Of a stretch of DNA of 64,000 nt, positions 35,377-47,648 are shown piece by piece. The notes under the pieces were generated by a model. It was not told where the DNA came from. It worked only from the letters and a program-made list of their open reading frames with translations, and did not search any database. A program made the translations under genes and the position numbers. Positions within the stretch are counted from its first letter, which is position 1; each line of letters starts with the position of its first letter. Source of the stretch: Bilabrum cf. latius (Eukaryota); NCBI GenBank assembly GCA_965178125.1, contig OZ237744.1, forward strand, positions 1,240,001 through 1,304,000, read 5' to 3'.

Positions 35377-38300
35377 TCACAGCCTGAGTCTCTCCATTAT
35401 GGCCTCAGCCCTATCAAGGACTGACAGAGGCACACCAGCCTGCGCTGCCACTGCCAGCCCGTGAGAGGAGGGAGCCACGCCGGGCTCCACGCGGTAGGTC
35501 AGCCGCAAGCCACGCCTTGCCGCCAGCCGCCAGGAGGCCATCGTCGCTGTTCCCTGGTCCCCACCGTGCCCCTCCTCTATGCTTCCCTCACCCGCTTCCC
35601 CCTCCTCCTCCTCATCTACTTCCTCCTCCTCGTCCTCGTGGACGCCCATCTGGACGCAACGGATCGGATTCAACGCCAGCCTTTGAGTTGCGCAACCATG
35701 CGTTGCACCCGACACGCCCAGACCGACCAGCCTCCGTGGACCGGCCAGAGGCTCTGATCCTGGGGTCTCATCGCTCAATTCGCCGTCAGCTTGAACCCAG
35801 CTCACCGCATCTGCTGGGACCGAAGAGGATGACCAGCCCAGCCCGTCTGCACCATCTTGCGGTGCACCCACACCAACGCTTGCCATCGAACGCGAGCCGC
35901 CGCCCATGGGCCCCACCACGCCCATGGGCCCCAGCTCATGGAAGTGCGTGGCGAAGAGGAGCCTGGCCCTCGCACGCCCGCACAGGTGCTCCAGCGTTGC
36001 ACTCGCGATCGCCAGCCCCTCCCTCGCCGCTGTTCCCCGACCCAGCTCGTCCACCACCACCAGAGACCTCGGGCCCGCCCCCCTCAGGATACCGGCCGCC
36101 TCGGACATCTCCACCATGAAGGTAGACAGGTCCCGCGCCACATCGTCCCCCGCCCCCACCCGGGTGTACAGCCGGTCCACCACCCCCACCACGGCGGCAT
36201 CGGCGGGCACGAAGCTACCGGTCTGTGCGAGCACGACGGCCTGCGCTACTGCCCGGAGGACCGTGCTCTTGCCTCCCATGTTCGGGCCTGTCAGCAACCA
36301 GGCCCGGCCTCCGTCGTACGGGGCCAGCGGCACGCTCGAGCCAATCCCCTCGACGCCCTCATCTTCATCGTCGTGGGTCAGTGTGACGAGTCCAGCCAGC
36401 GCGGCATCGTTTGCCACGAAGGACCGCAGGGCGGCGGGATGCCCAGCCCCAGCCCAGCCCCCCTCGCCGTCCCCATCGTCCTCCTCCCCATCCTCCCCGA
36501 GCCCCCCGTCTGCACCAGCCCGCCCACCACCCCCAGCGTCCTGACTCTCCCAGCCCGCCCCCCAGCCCATAGTCAGGGCCTGCTCCACAACCACGTGCCT
36601 CAGTCCCTGCAGGTACAGAGCAGTACCTAGATCTTCCCAGCCCTCTACCTGCCGCCCTGCCTCTGGTCGGTCGTCACAAGCACTGTCCTCATTGCCATCG
36701 CGCGACGGTGCAAGCGCAGGAACCGGCAGCTGCACGCGCCTGCCAGCCTCCCCCCTGTCCACCACCACAGGGCGACGCAGGCCTAGCCGAGCCGCCGCGT
36801 CTGCCAGCCCCGCGCTCACGTCCACCACGGCACAGGCCTTGCACATGGCCATGATGGCAGGGGCCGCCTCCCGCACCCGCTCGCACAGGTCGTCGAACAG
36901 CGTCCCCTCCAGCGCGGCGGCGCGGTGGGCAGCGTCCGCGACCCTCCTGTCCAGCTCCTGCAGCGCGGGAGCCTTGAACCGCACCACTGTCTTGAGGGTG
37001 CGTGCCCAGGATAGGGACAGATTGTCGTCGTCCTGTTTCGATTCCGAGTCCTTGGCAGCACCGCTGGCCGCCACCGCCTCGGCGAACCGCTGCGGCACCT
37101 CTGCCACGAACCCCAGGTCCGCTGTCCTCCGGATCTTCAGCTGGGGCACACCTGTGCGCTCTCGCAGCCTGTCCTGCGCTTGCAGCACGGCACCGTGCGC
37201 CCCGTCCCTGAGCCCCCTTGCTTCGTCCAAGGCCCTGCAGTACCCCGTCCGGAAGAACCCCTCGGTGCCCTAGTCCAGTCCGTCCGCTTCCCCCTCGAGG
37301 CCCGCAGTGCCGGCAGCGCCGGCTCCCGCGCTCCTCGCCTTGCCGGCCTGCTCGATCCGCGCGTTCGTGCGACCCACAGGCACGGTAAGCGCTGAGGCAG
37401 CCTTGGCACCCGACCGCACCCTCCTGCCAGCTGCGCCGATGCCTGCAGCAGCGGCCGCGCTTGTGGTGGGACTCGGCACCAGGGCGGCCACAAGGTGGCA
37501 GTGCATGTCAGCGAGTGCTTGCAGATGGTGCCCCGGGGTAGAACCAGGCATTGGTGCGGCCGCATCCGCTGTTGTGCCCTCCTCTGTGTCAACGCAGGCC
37601 ACGGGAGGCTGCACGAAGCCACGGTCCACCAGCGGCCAGGCCAGGACGTCGGCTGCCTCTTTCAGCACGGCTGGCAAGCAACGGCGGGCGGACCTGCTGT
37701 GTCCAGACCCCAGCCCCTCCTGTTCTTTAGACCCAAGCTCGCCCCATCGCTACGCCTCCCACACATCGAACTCCCGCGCGGACAGCTGCGTGGACCTGCG
37801 CGCCTCGGCAGGGTCCAGGTCGCCAGCAAACAGGACCGTCTGCATGACTGGATGTCTCGCTCTGCTTGCTTCCCCCCCAGCACCAGCACCAACCTCGCCT
37901 TGCTCCATCAACGTCTTGCTGCCACCAGCTGCCCCACTCGCATCCCTAGGATGCTTGCTCACTGCCGCCGCCCATCGCACCCACGCAGCAGGCACGTCAG
38001 CGTCTCCCCCATACACCCCCGGGTCACCCGGTAGCAGCTTCTCCGCCCTCCCACGCAGCGCATCCACCAGCCCCTGTTCGTCCTCCTGCGACAACCTATC
38101 CTGCCCCTGCCTCTACTCCTGCTCCTCGCCAGCGAGAAGCACCTGCCGCTGGCTGGGCGCCTATCCGCGACCGAAGCGCATCCAGTCCCCACTGGGCTCC
38201 CCCTCCACGCCTTCGGCCAAGCCGACCCCTACGGCCCCCCACTCAGCCTGCGCGGCCTGCAGCATCAGGCCCAGCCTCCGCATGCCCAGCAGCCCGTCCC

Positions 38301-40248
38301 TCAGCGTGGCCAGGTCTCGGGGGGCGGCCCTGGACTTGCCCAGGCACAGCCGCTGGGTGCACCGCTCCACGTCTCCGATCTGCGATAGGACGGATCGGAC
38401 TGCCTGGCGGAGTGCTTGTTCCCTGGAGAACAACTCCACGGCGTCCAGGCGTGCACGGGCGGGGCCAGCGGCGGCGAGTGGGGCGGCCAGTCGCGCGTCC
38501 AGCATGCGGGAGCCCCCCGGGGTCTTGCAGCGGTCTATGGCATGCAGCAAGCAGCCCTTGCCTCGCCGGGGGCCCACCGCGGGTCTATGCAGCTCCAGGG
38601 CCCTAGCTGTGGGGGCGTCCATGAGCAGCACCGGGGGCCTGCGAGGCACTGCAAGGCCACCAGGATGCTGGCCAGAGGACGAGGAGGCTGCCTGCTTGGC
38701 ATTGGGCCAAGGCCTGCCACCGTGCTGGGAGCCCGGGCCAGCTGATCGACCGTCCCTGGGCTCCCCCGTGCCTGCCTCCTCGCCCTCATCCCTGGCATCC
38801 TTCCCCTCCAGGTCCAGCACTGCGGGGGGCGGGAAGCGGAGCACGGGGGCATGTGCCCTGGCTCGCAGTGCAACAGAGGGCATGGAGGCAGGGGCGGGCA
38901 CTGCCAGCTGGCTGTCCTGTGTCCACTGCCCTGCCGTCTGCGTCCACAGCACGTATCGCAGCGCCGATGCGGCGGCTTCCCTCTGCTCGCCGCTGAGCTC
39001 CCCCCACCACTCATAGCCACGAGAAGAATCCAGCCCTTGACCTGTCCCGGCAGTGCTCTCGGCTACCCCTTCCCGCTGGTCCTGCTCCTCCACCAGTACC
39101 CTCACCTCGGGAGGAGGAGGAGGGGAAAGGGCGAGCATCCCGCCTTGCCCGCAAGCCAGTGCACCCGCGCTCTCGTCCAGCCCGAGCATATCTTCATCTT
39201 CAGGTCCAATCTCGCCCATGGACGAGCCGTGGTGTTCCACCCCCTGCACTGTGGTCACGCAGCACCCCTCAAGCCCAGGAGCTGTCCCCGCACGCAACGC
39301 CCGTAGTAGATCGGTCACCTCCTTGGCAGCAGCGGGAGGGGCCGGCGTGCCTCTGGGACGGCGTTGCGGGCTGGGGGGAGCAAGCAAACCGTCTGCACCG
39401 GCATGTGGTTCGTCCGGCGGCCTCCACTCCGCGACTTCCCTTGGCAGCAGCACCTCCGCCGGAGGATACCTCGCCAGCGCGCCAAGGGCCTCGGGCAGCG
39501 GGCAGGAAGACACCATGAACCCACCCGTGGACACGTCTACCCAGCACAGCCCCGCACGCACACCGGACCCAACAGATGACGGGCTCTCTGCAGCACTGCC
39601 AGCCGCTCCTACTCCGGGAGCGAGACAGGCCATGGTTAGCTCCGCGGGATCCACCCAGATCGAAGCCAGGTAGTTGTGCTACCGAGGCCGCAAGATGGCA
39701 TCATCGGTTGCAGTTCCAGGGGTTATGATTCGGGTAAGCTGCCTTTGAACCAGCTATTGCGTCGCGGACTTGCGTCCCTTGCTAGGCTTTGGCTGGCCAG
39801 CGGAGCTTTGCGCAGGTATCTGCTCGCAAATGGCAACTTTCAGGCCTGCTTTCAAAAGCTTCGCAATGTGCCGATCTGCAGAATGCATAGGCATACCGCA
39901 CATAGGAATAGGAGTCCCAAGGTGCTTGCCGCGTTGTGTGAGCGCTATTCCAAGCACCGGAGCTGCTGTCTTCGCATCCTAAAAGAAAATTTCAAAGAAT
40001 TCACCCATCTAGAAGAACAAGATATGCCCTCGGAGTCGCGGGTTACTTCTCAACTGCACATACTACTTCATCATTGGGGTAGGGGGAACGGTTGAGCTGA
40101 GGAAACGGCGGTGATGCACCGAGCACCTCGTGTCCACCCTTGCATGGCGTCGAGCAGCAAGCGCCCAGCGACGAAGCAGGTGCACATTCGTGGGTGCTCG
40201 AAGGAACGGACGACATATCCGCCCCCAAGCCTACCGCACGCGATTCAT
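35377..40248 (-). CDS. MSH1: Mitochondrion-targeted MutS1/MSH1-type mismatch repair ATPase (no GIY-YIG domain seen)
   Basis: One frame with 10 TAGs (40231, 40063, 40009, 39979, 39754, 39679, 38161, 38113, 37750, 37270). [70 protein letters not shown]. Arg-rich presequence. Confidence 0.88.
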
Positions 40249-40524
40249 GCGGAGGGTGCGAGCGATTGGGGCGTGGTTGTCCTCACTTTTGTGGCGGTTC
40301 AAGACCCTGATGATGAGTGCCACCACTCGCACACCACAGCACAGTGCATCGTGGAAAGGCTGGGTGGTCCAGTGCAGTGAGTACAGACAATGTGGACATA
40401 TCAACACGAAAAGACTGGCCTCACACATCACCAACCTGTTGCCCTCGCCCTTTGGGGGGCCGCTCTTCCACACATGCGCCACAGGCCTTAACACCACTCC
40501 CGCTGGCACCCGCAGCCCGGGAGT

Positions 40525-42318
40525 TCAGCCGTACATCCAATCGCCCTACCCGGCGCCCACCCCTCGAGCATTACCCCCGCGCCCAGTCCCACTCCCCTCC
40601 CAGCCCGCCGCTTTTCGCATCGACCTCGTCCGGACACCCGCACCGTCCCGCCCCGCCCCGTCGGTGTTGACGCTCCACCGGGGCTACAGACCCCTCCCCC
40701 TCAGGCTGCTCTGCTAGCCCGCCCCACTGGCCGCCCCCGCCCTCTGCCCTCCCCCGCGCGCCCTGTCCCTCCTGCCAACCGCCTCGTCATCGTCCTCGTC
40801 GCCTTGCATGCGGGCAGACCCAGCACTTGCCACCGCGGACAGAGAAGAAGAAGAAGAAGAGGAGGAGGAGGACGAAGACACCGAGGGCGCAGCCGGGGCA
40901 GAGGCCCGAGCGGGAACGGGCGCCGCCGCAGAGGTGCTCGAGGTAGAGCTGGAGCTGGTGCTGCTCTGGTGCCCGGGGCGATTGGGCTGCGGCCTCACCG
41001 GTCCAGTGCTGCTGCCGCTATCGTGCGATGCATCCGGAGACGATCCACCGTCCATGGGAGCGGCACCGCTCGAGCCATCGGCAGCCTGGACTTTGGAACC
41101 TCCCTCGGACTAGGCCTGCTTGCTCGCCTCGGCCTCCTCGCCCGTGGCCGGCTTGGGCTTCGGCGGAGGCACCTCCTCGGGGATGTCGGGGTCATACGAG
41201 GGCTCCAGAGGGTCTGGGATGGCCTCATCGTCGGCCATGGAGGAGAAATCGTCCTTGTAGTTGGCGTCTGCAGTGCCTGACTCCTTGGGGAAATGCTTGC
41301 GGTAGTAGGCCCACACGTGTCGGAAGGGCTCATCCAGCTCCTGCGCCTCGTACCCGATCTGGGCTGGCAGGGCGGGGTTGAAAAGAGGCTTCACGCCGAG
41401 GGCTCTTCGGATGGCCACCACGATGGCAGCTGCCAGTCGAGTGGGCTTGTGTCTCTGGAAGGAATAGTCCTGGCAGCAGAGGTCCGCGAAGAAGTCCGCG
41501 TACTTGTGCACGTATCTCTGCACCTTGGAGGCCGAGGGGGAGCCCCCCACTGTGTCGTTGGAGAAGATGATCCCTCGGCGGACCAGCAGACCGAGCACAT
41601 GAATGGGGGTCACCGCGTTGAGGCGCCAGCGCAGACTGCGGGGGACACGAAGAGGGGCAGCGGCAGGGAGGACGAGGTGGGGAAGAGAGGCGAGCAGCCG
41701 TGGCGCAGGCCGGGTGGTCAACGAGAAAGAGAAGAGAGGAAGCTGCGCCCCGAGGGCATCGCATCGCAACACGGGACGGGCTATCGCAGCCTGACTGACT
41801 CACAGGTTTAGCGACATAATTTCCATCTGGTGCACGAGCCGTACCTCGTATGTGTCCATGGCCTGCTTGCACAGCTGCCGCGGGGTGGGCGCGTCCTCCT
41901 CGGCTTCTTCGTACTTGGCAGCGACCAAGAGGCAAGCCATCGCGACCAGCTATAATCTGCTCTTGTGCGTGCACACTTGCTGCAGCACCCGGTCCAACAG
42001 GACGGTGGCGGAGTGAAATGTCGGCATGGCTAGCTTGAAGTGCTCGCCCGTCTCGCAGATCCAGTCCACCAACAGGCGACGATACTGCGAGGGGCACGGT
42101 CGACCAGGCACAAGGTATTATGAAGTCAATTGATTCGTAAAAAATGCTGCGGAAATTGGCTGTCATAGCAGACTGGCGCTTAAAGAGGATGGTGGTCTTG
42201 CCCCGCTCACCTTAATGTAACCGCAGAACGGTCTGAACTTATGACCGGCCAGCTCTACGCTGCGCATTTTCCTATATACAAGATCTGCCTCCACTCCTAT
42301 CTATGTGCGAATGTCCGA
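40525..42318 (-). CDS. Cyclin, cyclin J-like (first exon not located)
   Basis: YRRLLVDWICE...KSRL*LVAMACLLVAAKYEE, MEIMSLNLLRWRL, KYADFFADLCCQDYSF. TAGs 42301, 41950, 41110, 40714, 40684, 40546; TGA 40525-40527; at least two introns. Confidence 0.8.
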
Positions 42319-42895
42319 CTGCGAAATGGTGGCAAGGAACCGTGAAATCTTGAAATATCGCGAGGTTGCCTTTGAATTACTTTCAAAATATGTCGGCCAA
42401 GAATCAAGTCCACAGAGATTTCCTCTCAGTGATGGCAGATACATAGATCAATTAACCAAATTTAAGGCGAGGCGATGCAAACAAAGGTCTGTGGTGCGCG
42501 CTTGGGCAATTTATGAGGGTCTCACTGTTAGCCCATACGGTTTGCTATCCAAGCTTTGTGACGCGGAAAATTCATCACCGCAGCAGTCAGCCAATGAAGG
42601 AAGCTGCAATGAGAAGTAAACTTGCAGACGGATACGACGCAACGCCTATGGATGTAGCTACTATCCGCAGTTTCATTCAAACAGACAAGATCAGACATGG
42701 GTGCCAGGGGTACAACCACAGGTTATTTGCAAAACTCCCTGGGACTAGGTGCAAGACAAGTGAATAGATATCTCACTACCGACTCCGATTCGTGTTGCTC
42801 CATGGGAAGCGCCTGCATTTTACAATTGAAATACTAAACGTTTTGAGCCATGAAAGCCACGCTACCTTGCAAGAAATACAGTTTTCGAACGTTCA

Positions 42896-43648
42896 TCAGT
42901 CCTCCACCTCGAAGACACACTCTACCTCGACAGGCACGTTCAGCGGCAGGGCATTGGTCCCCACAGCCGATCTAGAATGCACGCCTTTCTCCCCGAATAC
43001 CTTTGCAAACAGGTTGGAGGCTCCGTTCAGCACGGACGGCTGGTTGAAGTACGAGTCGACGCAGTTCACGAAGCCTACCACCTTGACCACCTGCTTCACC
43101 TTGTCAAGGTCGCCTAGCTCGTGCTTCAATGTCCCCAATACGTTCAAGGCGCACAGTTCTGCCCCCTTGCACGCCTCATCGCTGGTAACCTCGACGCCTA
43201 CCTTGCCCTGCATCAGGTCGCCCTCGTGATCTTCCGGGAGATGCCCGGCTGCGAGTGAGGCAAGTGGGGCTAAGAGAATCATATAGAGTAGACTAGTCGC
43301 GTTAATAGTACGCACAGTCCTATTTATGTTGCCCATGCGAGCAAAGTTTCTGGTTGCCTGCCGCCTTGATGCCATCACAGACCTTTCGGGAGCAAAATAC
43401 GCCGGCTCCGGCTGGAGCCATCAAATCGTCCACAGCAGCTCACCAGTGAAAATCAAGTTGCCAACTCGCTTGCACTGGATGTAGTTGCCCTTGGCCGTCT
43501 TAGGTTGGGGCAAACGCAGCCCAAGCTCGTCAAGCTTCGCCTCAACGTGCACAAACCTACTTTGCAACGATGCTAGAGCGCGTGGTGCGCAGGATGATCT
43601 GGCAATTTGGCGTGAAGAGCGATGCAAAAGACTTGATAACCTCATCAT
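42896..43648 (-). CDS. RidA/YjgF/YER057c/UK114-family protein with mitochondrial presequence, 2 exons
   Basis: VEAKLDELGLRLP...GNY...GNLIFT|AGHLP...GKVG...VVKVVGFVN...NGASNLFAKVFGEKGVHSRSAVG...LPLNVPVEVE. Confidence 0.9.
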
Positions 43649-43837
43649 TATCCTAGGTTTAATTCGGTAGCACCAGGATCCGTTAGTATTCTGTCGCACA
43701 TTGGAGTTGCAGTGATCGGGGCGCCGCGCAGGTGGTACTGCGGAACATGTGTCTGGCGGCTCTTTTTCCAATTGATCACCATTTAGCCGCTGTCAAGAAG
43801 TTCTACTGCGAATGACAGTGATATTTCTAGTACACAC

Positions 43838-46800
43838 ATGATAAAACTTGCGACCGCAGTGTTTTTGGTGGCCTGTTGCCAAGGGATACGCCCGCGGCCG
43901 CAGGCGCTGATTCAGCAGCGCAGCAAGAGCGGGGTCCTGCGGAGCAGGGAGGTTGGGGTCCATGGAGGTCCGAGTCGACCTGTTCTTATGGCACGCGGAT
44001 CTGATTTACTGGCTTTTTCATGGACCTATGTACCGCCAGACGGCTATCGGGCGACCATGTTTAATCTCGTGCTGAACGGCGAATCGGTGTACAGTGGCGA
44101 ATCGCAGTCTTTTGCAGCCAGGGGTCTAGATCACTCGACGTGCTTCGAAGCTACAGTGTCTGCGTTTCTTCTCCCGGACCCATCGGCGAGGAAAGCCGAA
44201 AAGGAAGGTGAAGCTGAGAGCGGCGCGTGGACCCCGATGAGCCCAGCGCTCTTCGCCGCCACTGCGAGCACAGACCTGCCGGACATCAGCGGGCTCGAGC
44301 TGCAGGCGGCCTCGCAGCGGCAGCAACTCGAGTTGGTTGCCAACCAGCAGCAGGATCTCGGCGACTGCAGCCTCGCAGGGCTCACGGATATCCGCTTCGA
44401 CGCGGCCTCGTCCAGCAGCCTAGGGGTGGTCTTCCAGGGCCGCTCCGACGCGTCCGTCCGCGCGGGCGTGCTGGCAGCACGGGAGAACTGCGCAGAGGCC
44501 GTGTGCCAGGGCGAGTCCCGGGACATCGGGGACCCCACCCCCCTGCTCTCTGGGCAGCTGCGCCTCGCCACGGGAGACCCCCGCGCTCCCGTGCTGCTTG
44601 CCACATTCGCGCAGCTGCCGCCGCACCAGGGGGCGCTGAGGTACACAGACCCGTCGCAGCGTGGTCTGCTTTTGCAGCTGCCGCTGGCAGGATGCAGGGC
44701 ACGGCAGGGCTGGCCCTTGCCCGCAGGGGAGGGCGGGAGGCCGCTGCGGGATGCTGAGCTGGTCGCGCTGGAGCGTGGGACAGGTGGACCCATGCCCAAA
44801 TCCATGAGTTGCATTGAAGTCCTATGCGGGCACCGTATCCTGCCCATGGTCCTGTGCGCGGAGTCGTCGGCCGACGCCAGCAGGTGGACGGCTCGGATCA
44901 ACGAGGAGGCGGCCGGGGCGCGGTTGCTGGAGAGGCAGGAGATGGCTGTGCACCTGTCTCCCGCCGTGCAGCTGAGGAACAACGCCCGCAGACCCGCGAA
45001 CAAGGGTCTATACGAGCAGACTGGCTGGCGGGTGGCATTCATCAGCAGCTTCCTGGGCTCGCTCTCCGCGTCCGGGGCGGGGGACGTGTTCTGGAGACTG
45101 TACGGTGTTGAGAGGTGCGCCGAGCTGCCCGACACCATGGCCCCTGCCCCTGCGAACGATCCCACTGCCAACTCCGCGCTGCCCTCGGGGATGGAGGGCG
45201 AGGCAGTGCTGCAGGCTCTTGCGCGCTCCGTGCAGGACGGGGCGGTGGAGTCCCAGTACGCGGTTGGGCTCCAGGGAACAGCGTTCGGGAGTGACCTCGG
45301 GAGGGTACTGCGGCAGATGGGGGCAGCGGGGGATGGCGCTGTGTCTCTGCGATGGGCCCGGGCTGTGTGCTTTTAGGTGTTGTGGGCCCTGGGGGTGGGC
45401 CGGCATGCCCTGGGGCTGCACCACAACGGCATGCTGGATTTGGGGAGGTCAGTCAAGCTGAGGCAGCTCGTGGCCACGTCTCCCGGCAGGCGGGCCTGGC
45501 GGTGCTTTAGGCTCGGGGATGGTGCGGCGCGGGGGCTGCCTCTGCGGGCCCCTGGGGCGGAGGGGCAGGCGGATCCCGCGGGGGCAGAGGTGCGCAACAA
45601 TGGCGTGGACGGGGAGGGCGCCCCTGATAGAGCGGGGGGCACCGCGTCTGCTGTGGCTCGATCGGGGACCGCTCCGGGGGAACAGACAGGAGTGGTGCCA
45701 GCTAGGGACAGGCTGTTCACGCGCTCAGATGCGAGCGATGACGCCTGCGTGGCGGACCCTAGGGCGCGGGCCCATGTGCAGGCGGGCAAGCAGCCCGGGC
45801 TGGTGAAGGGCGCGAGGGAGGCTGGTGGCGATGCTGACGGCAGGGAAGAGGGGGGCAGCAGCAACGGGGGATGGGCCGGGCAGGGCCCTGGAGGTGCCGA
45901 GGGCGGGCTTCGGACCAGCTGGTGCTTCCCCACTGCCGATACCGACGGCCTGCGTGTGGTGTTGTTCGGTCTGGAGTAGGCGGTATTGGCTCGCCCGGCC
46001 CTGGCTTACTGGTAGGATGGGTTTTCCTTCCCAAACGAGGCCCGGCGGGACGACGTGAAGGATTTCGGGACTGCCTTCTGCGGGCAAGTGCTGCCTCGCC
46101 TTCCGGAGGACCAGGGGTAGGGCATGGACGAGGGGCTTGGCTCGCTGTGCGCCGGCATGGTGAGGGGTGACTTCCAGGAGCACCCGCTGGGGGCGCTGCA
46201 GCACAGGTTCTTCGGGGACTACATGCCGCCCTGGGAAGGGGCCACCTCGGTCCAGGGACAAGGAGAGGGGCAGGGACAGGGGTAGATGAAGGGAGAGGGG
46301 GGCGCGCAGACGATATCGAAGAAGGGTGCGAAAGAGAAGAAAAGCGAGGGCCGGGGATATCCCCCCGGTGCCCCCGCAAATGCAGGGGAGGTCCGCTCCT
46401 TTGCGTACAACCCCTCCACGCTTAGTCTGGCCGAGGCCATGCAGGCCGCAGCAGCGGGCCGATCGAGCGGCGGGGCGGCGGGGGCGGACAGGGCTGTGGG
46501 TGGTGGTGGGACTGGATCACCGACAGAGGGGGCGGACAGGGCCGGGGATGGTTCAGAAAAGGCTGGCAGCGGCTCAAACGAGGCCGGGCATGGCTCCCAG
46601 TCGACAGGCGGGAGCGACTCAGCTAGTACTAGCAGCAGCAGCGGCGGTAGCAGCAGCAGCGGCGGTAGCAGCAGCAGCAGTGGTGGCAGCAGCAGCAGTG
46701 CTGGGTCATCTGGCCCTGGGGCCGGCAACAATACGAGCGGTAGCACGACGTCTGCGTCTGCGCCAGAGCTGACTGGCTCTGTGGGCGCTGGGCAGCTGCT

Positions 46801-47371
46801 CCGACTGCTTGTTCCCTCGACTCCCTTCATTGCGCTGCAGGACCAGGCCAGGCTGGTGGTCTCCTGGCGGCCCCTCCGACGGGCCGTGGAGATCCTGCAG
46901 GCGGAGGCGCCGCTGCCTGTGCAGCCGCGGCTGTTCGCACTCTGGATGGACGGGGTCTCCGTGTACAGCGGGCAGGAGCGGGCGCACGGATTCCAGCTCC
47001 CGCTGGCAGCCGGGAACAAGGGGTGGGACGGGTCGAGGGACTGCCACGTGTTCCGTGTGGCGGCTTTCTACCACCACTTGGGCTGGACGGGCCTGTCCCC
47101 CGCGCTCCGGGTAGGCCGGGACTGCGACTCGCCGGAGGAAGTGCTCCTGCCGCACCGCAGCAGCCTGCAGCCGGAGGGCAGCGAGGAGGGGGTGCCGCTG
47201 CATGCCAACAGAGCTGCGCAGCTGGCCATGGAAGGTGCGGCAGAGGCCAGCGGCAGCATCTTCGGTGCAGCCAATGCGCAAGCACCCGGAGCGCAAGGTG
47301 AGCAGCACGCTGGGCCAGATGCCCCTCGGTTTCCCCCAGGCCAAGAGCAAGACCAGCACGCCACTCCGTGA
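43838..47371 (+). CDS. Large signal-peptide protein with two FN3-like segments and a PH-like domain
   Basis: Same-frame ORFs joined by TAGs 45374, 45977, 46013, 46118, 46283; TGA 47369. Similar N- and C-terminal segments (FSW..FNLVLNGESVYSG..WTPMSPAL and VSW..FALWMDGVSVYSG..WTGLSPAL). PH-like ending VLCAESSADASRWTARI. Confidence 0.6.
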
Positions 47372-47648
47372 GAATTCGATGGGCAACTGTCACCGTCGAC
47401 GGCTGTGCTGGCATTGGATCTCAATAAAATCTAATTATGAAAATGTTATGTCGTTGGCAAATCCTTTAAAGACTGCCCTAAACGCCCTCGAGTCGGCTCC
47501 ATCCTCATCCCTGTCCGCTCGATGCGCCCCTCACTCACTTGGCTCTCGTCCCAGCTGGTGGACCGTACGCACCCCGCCACCACACATGCATGCGCCCATC
47601 CATCGCGCATCAATTCCGCACATCGCCTACTCGACCGCCCATGCCGCT

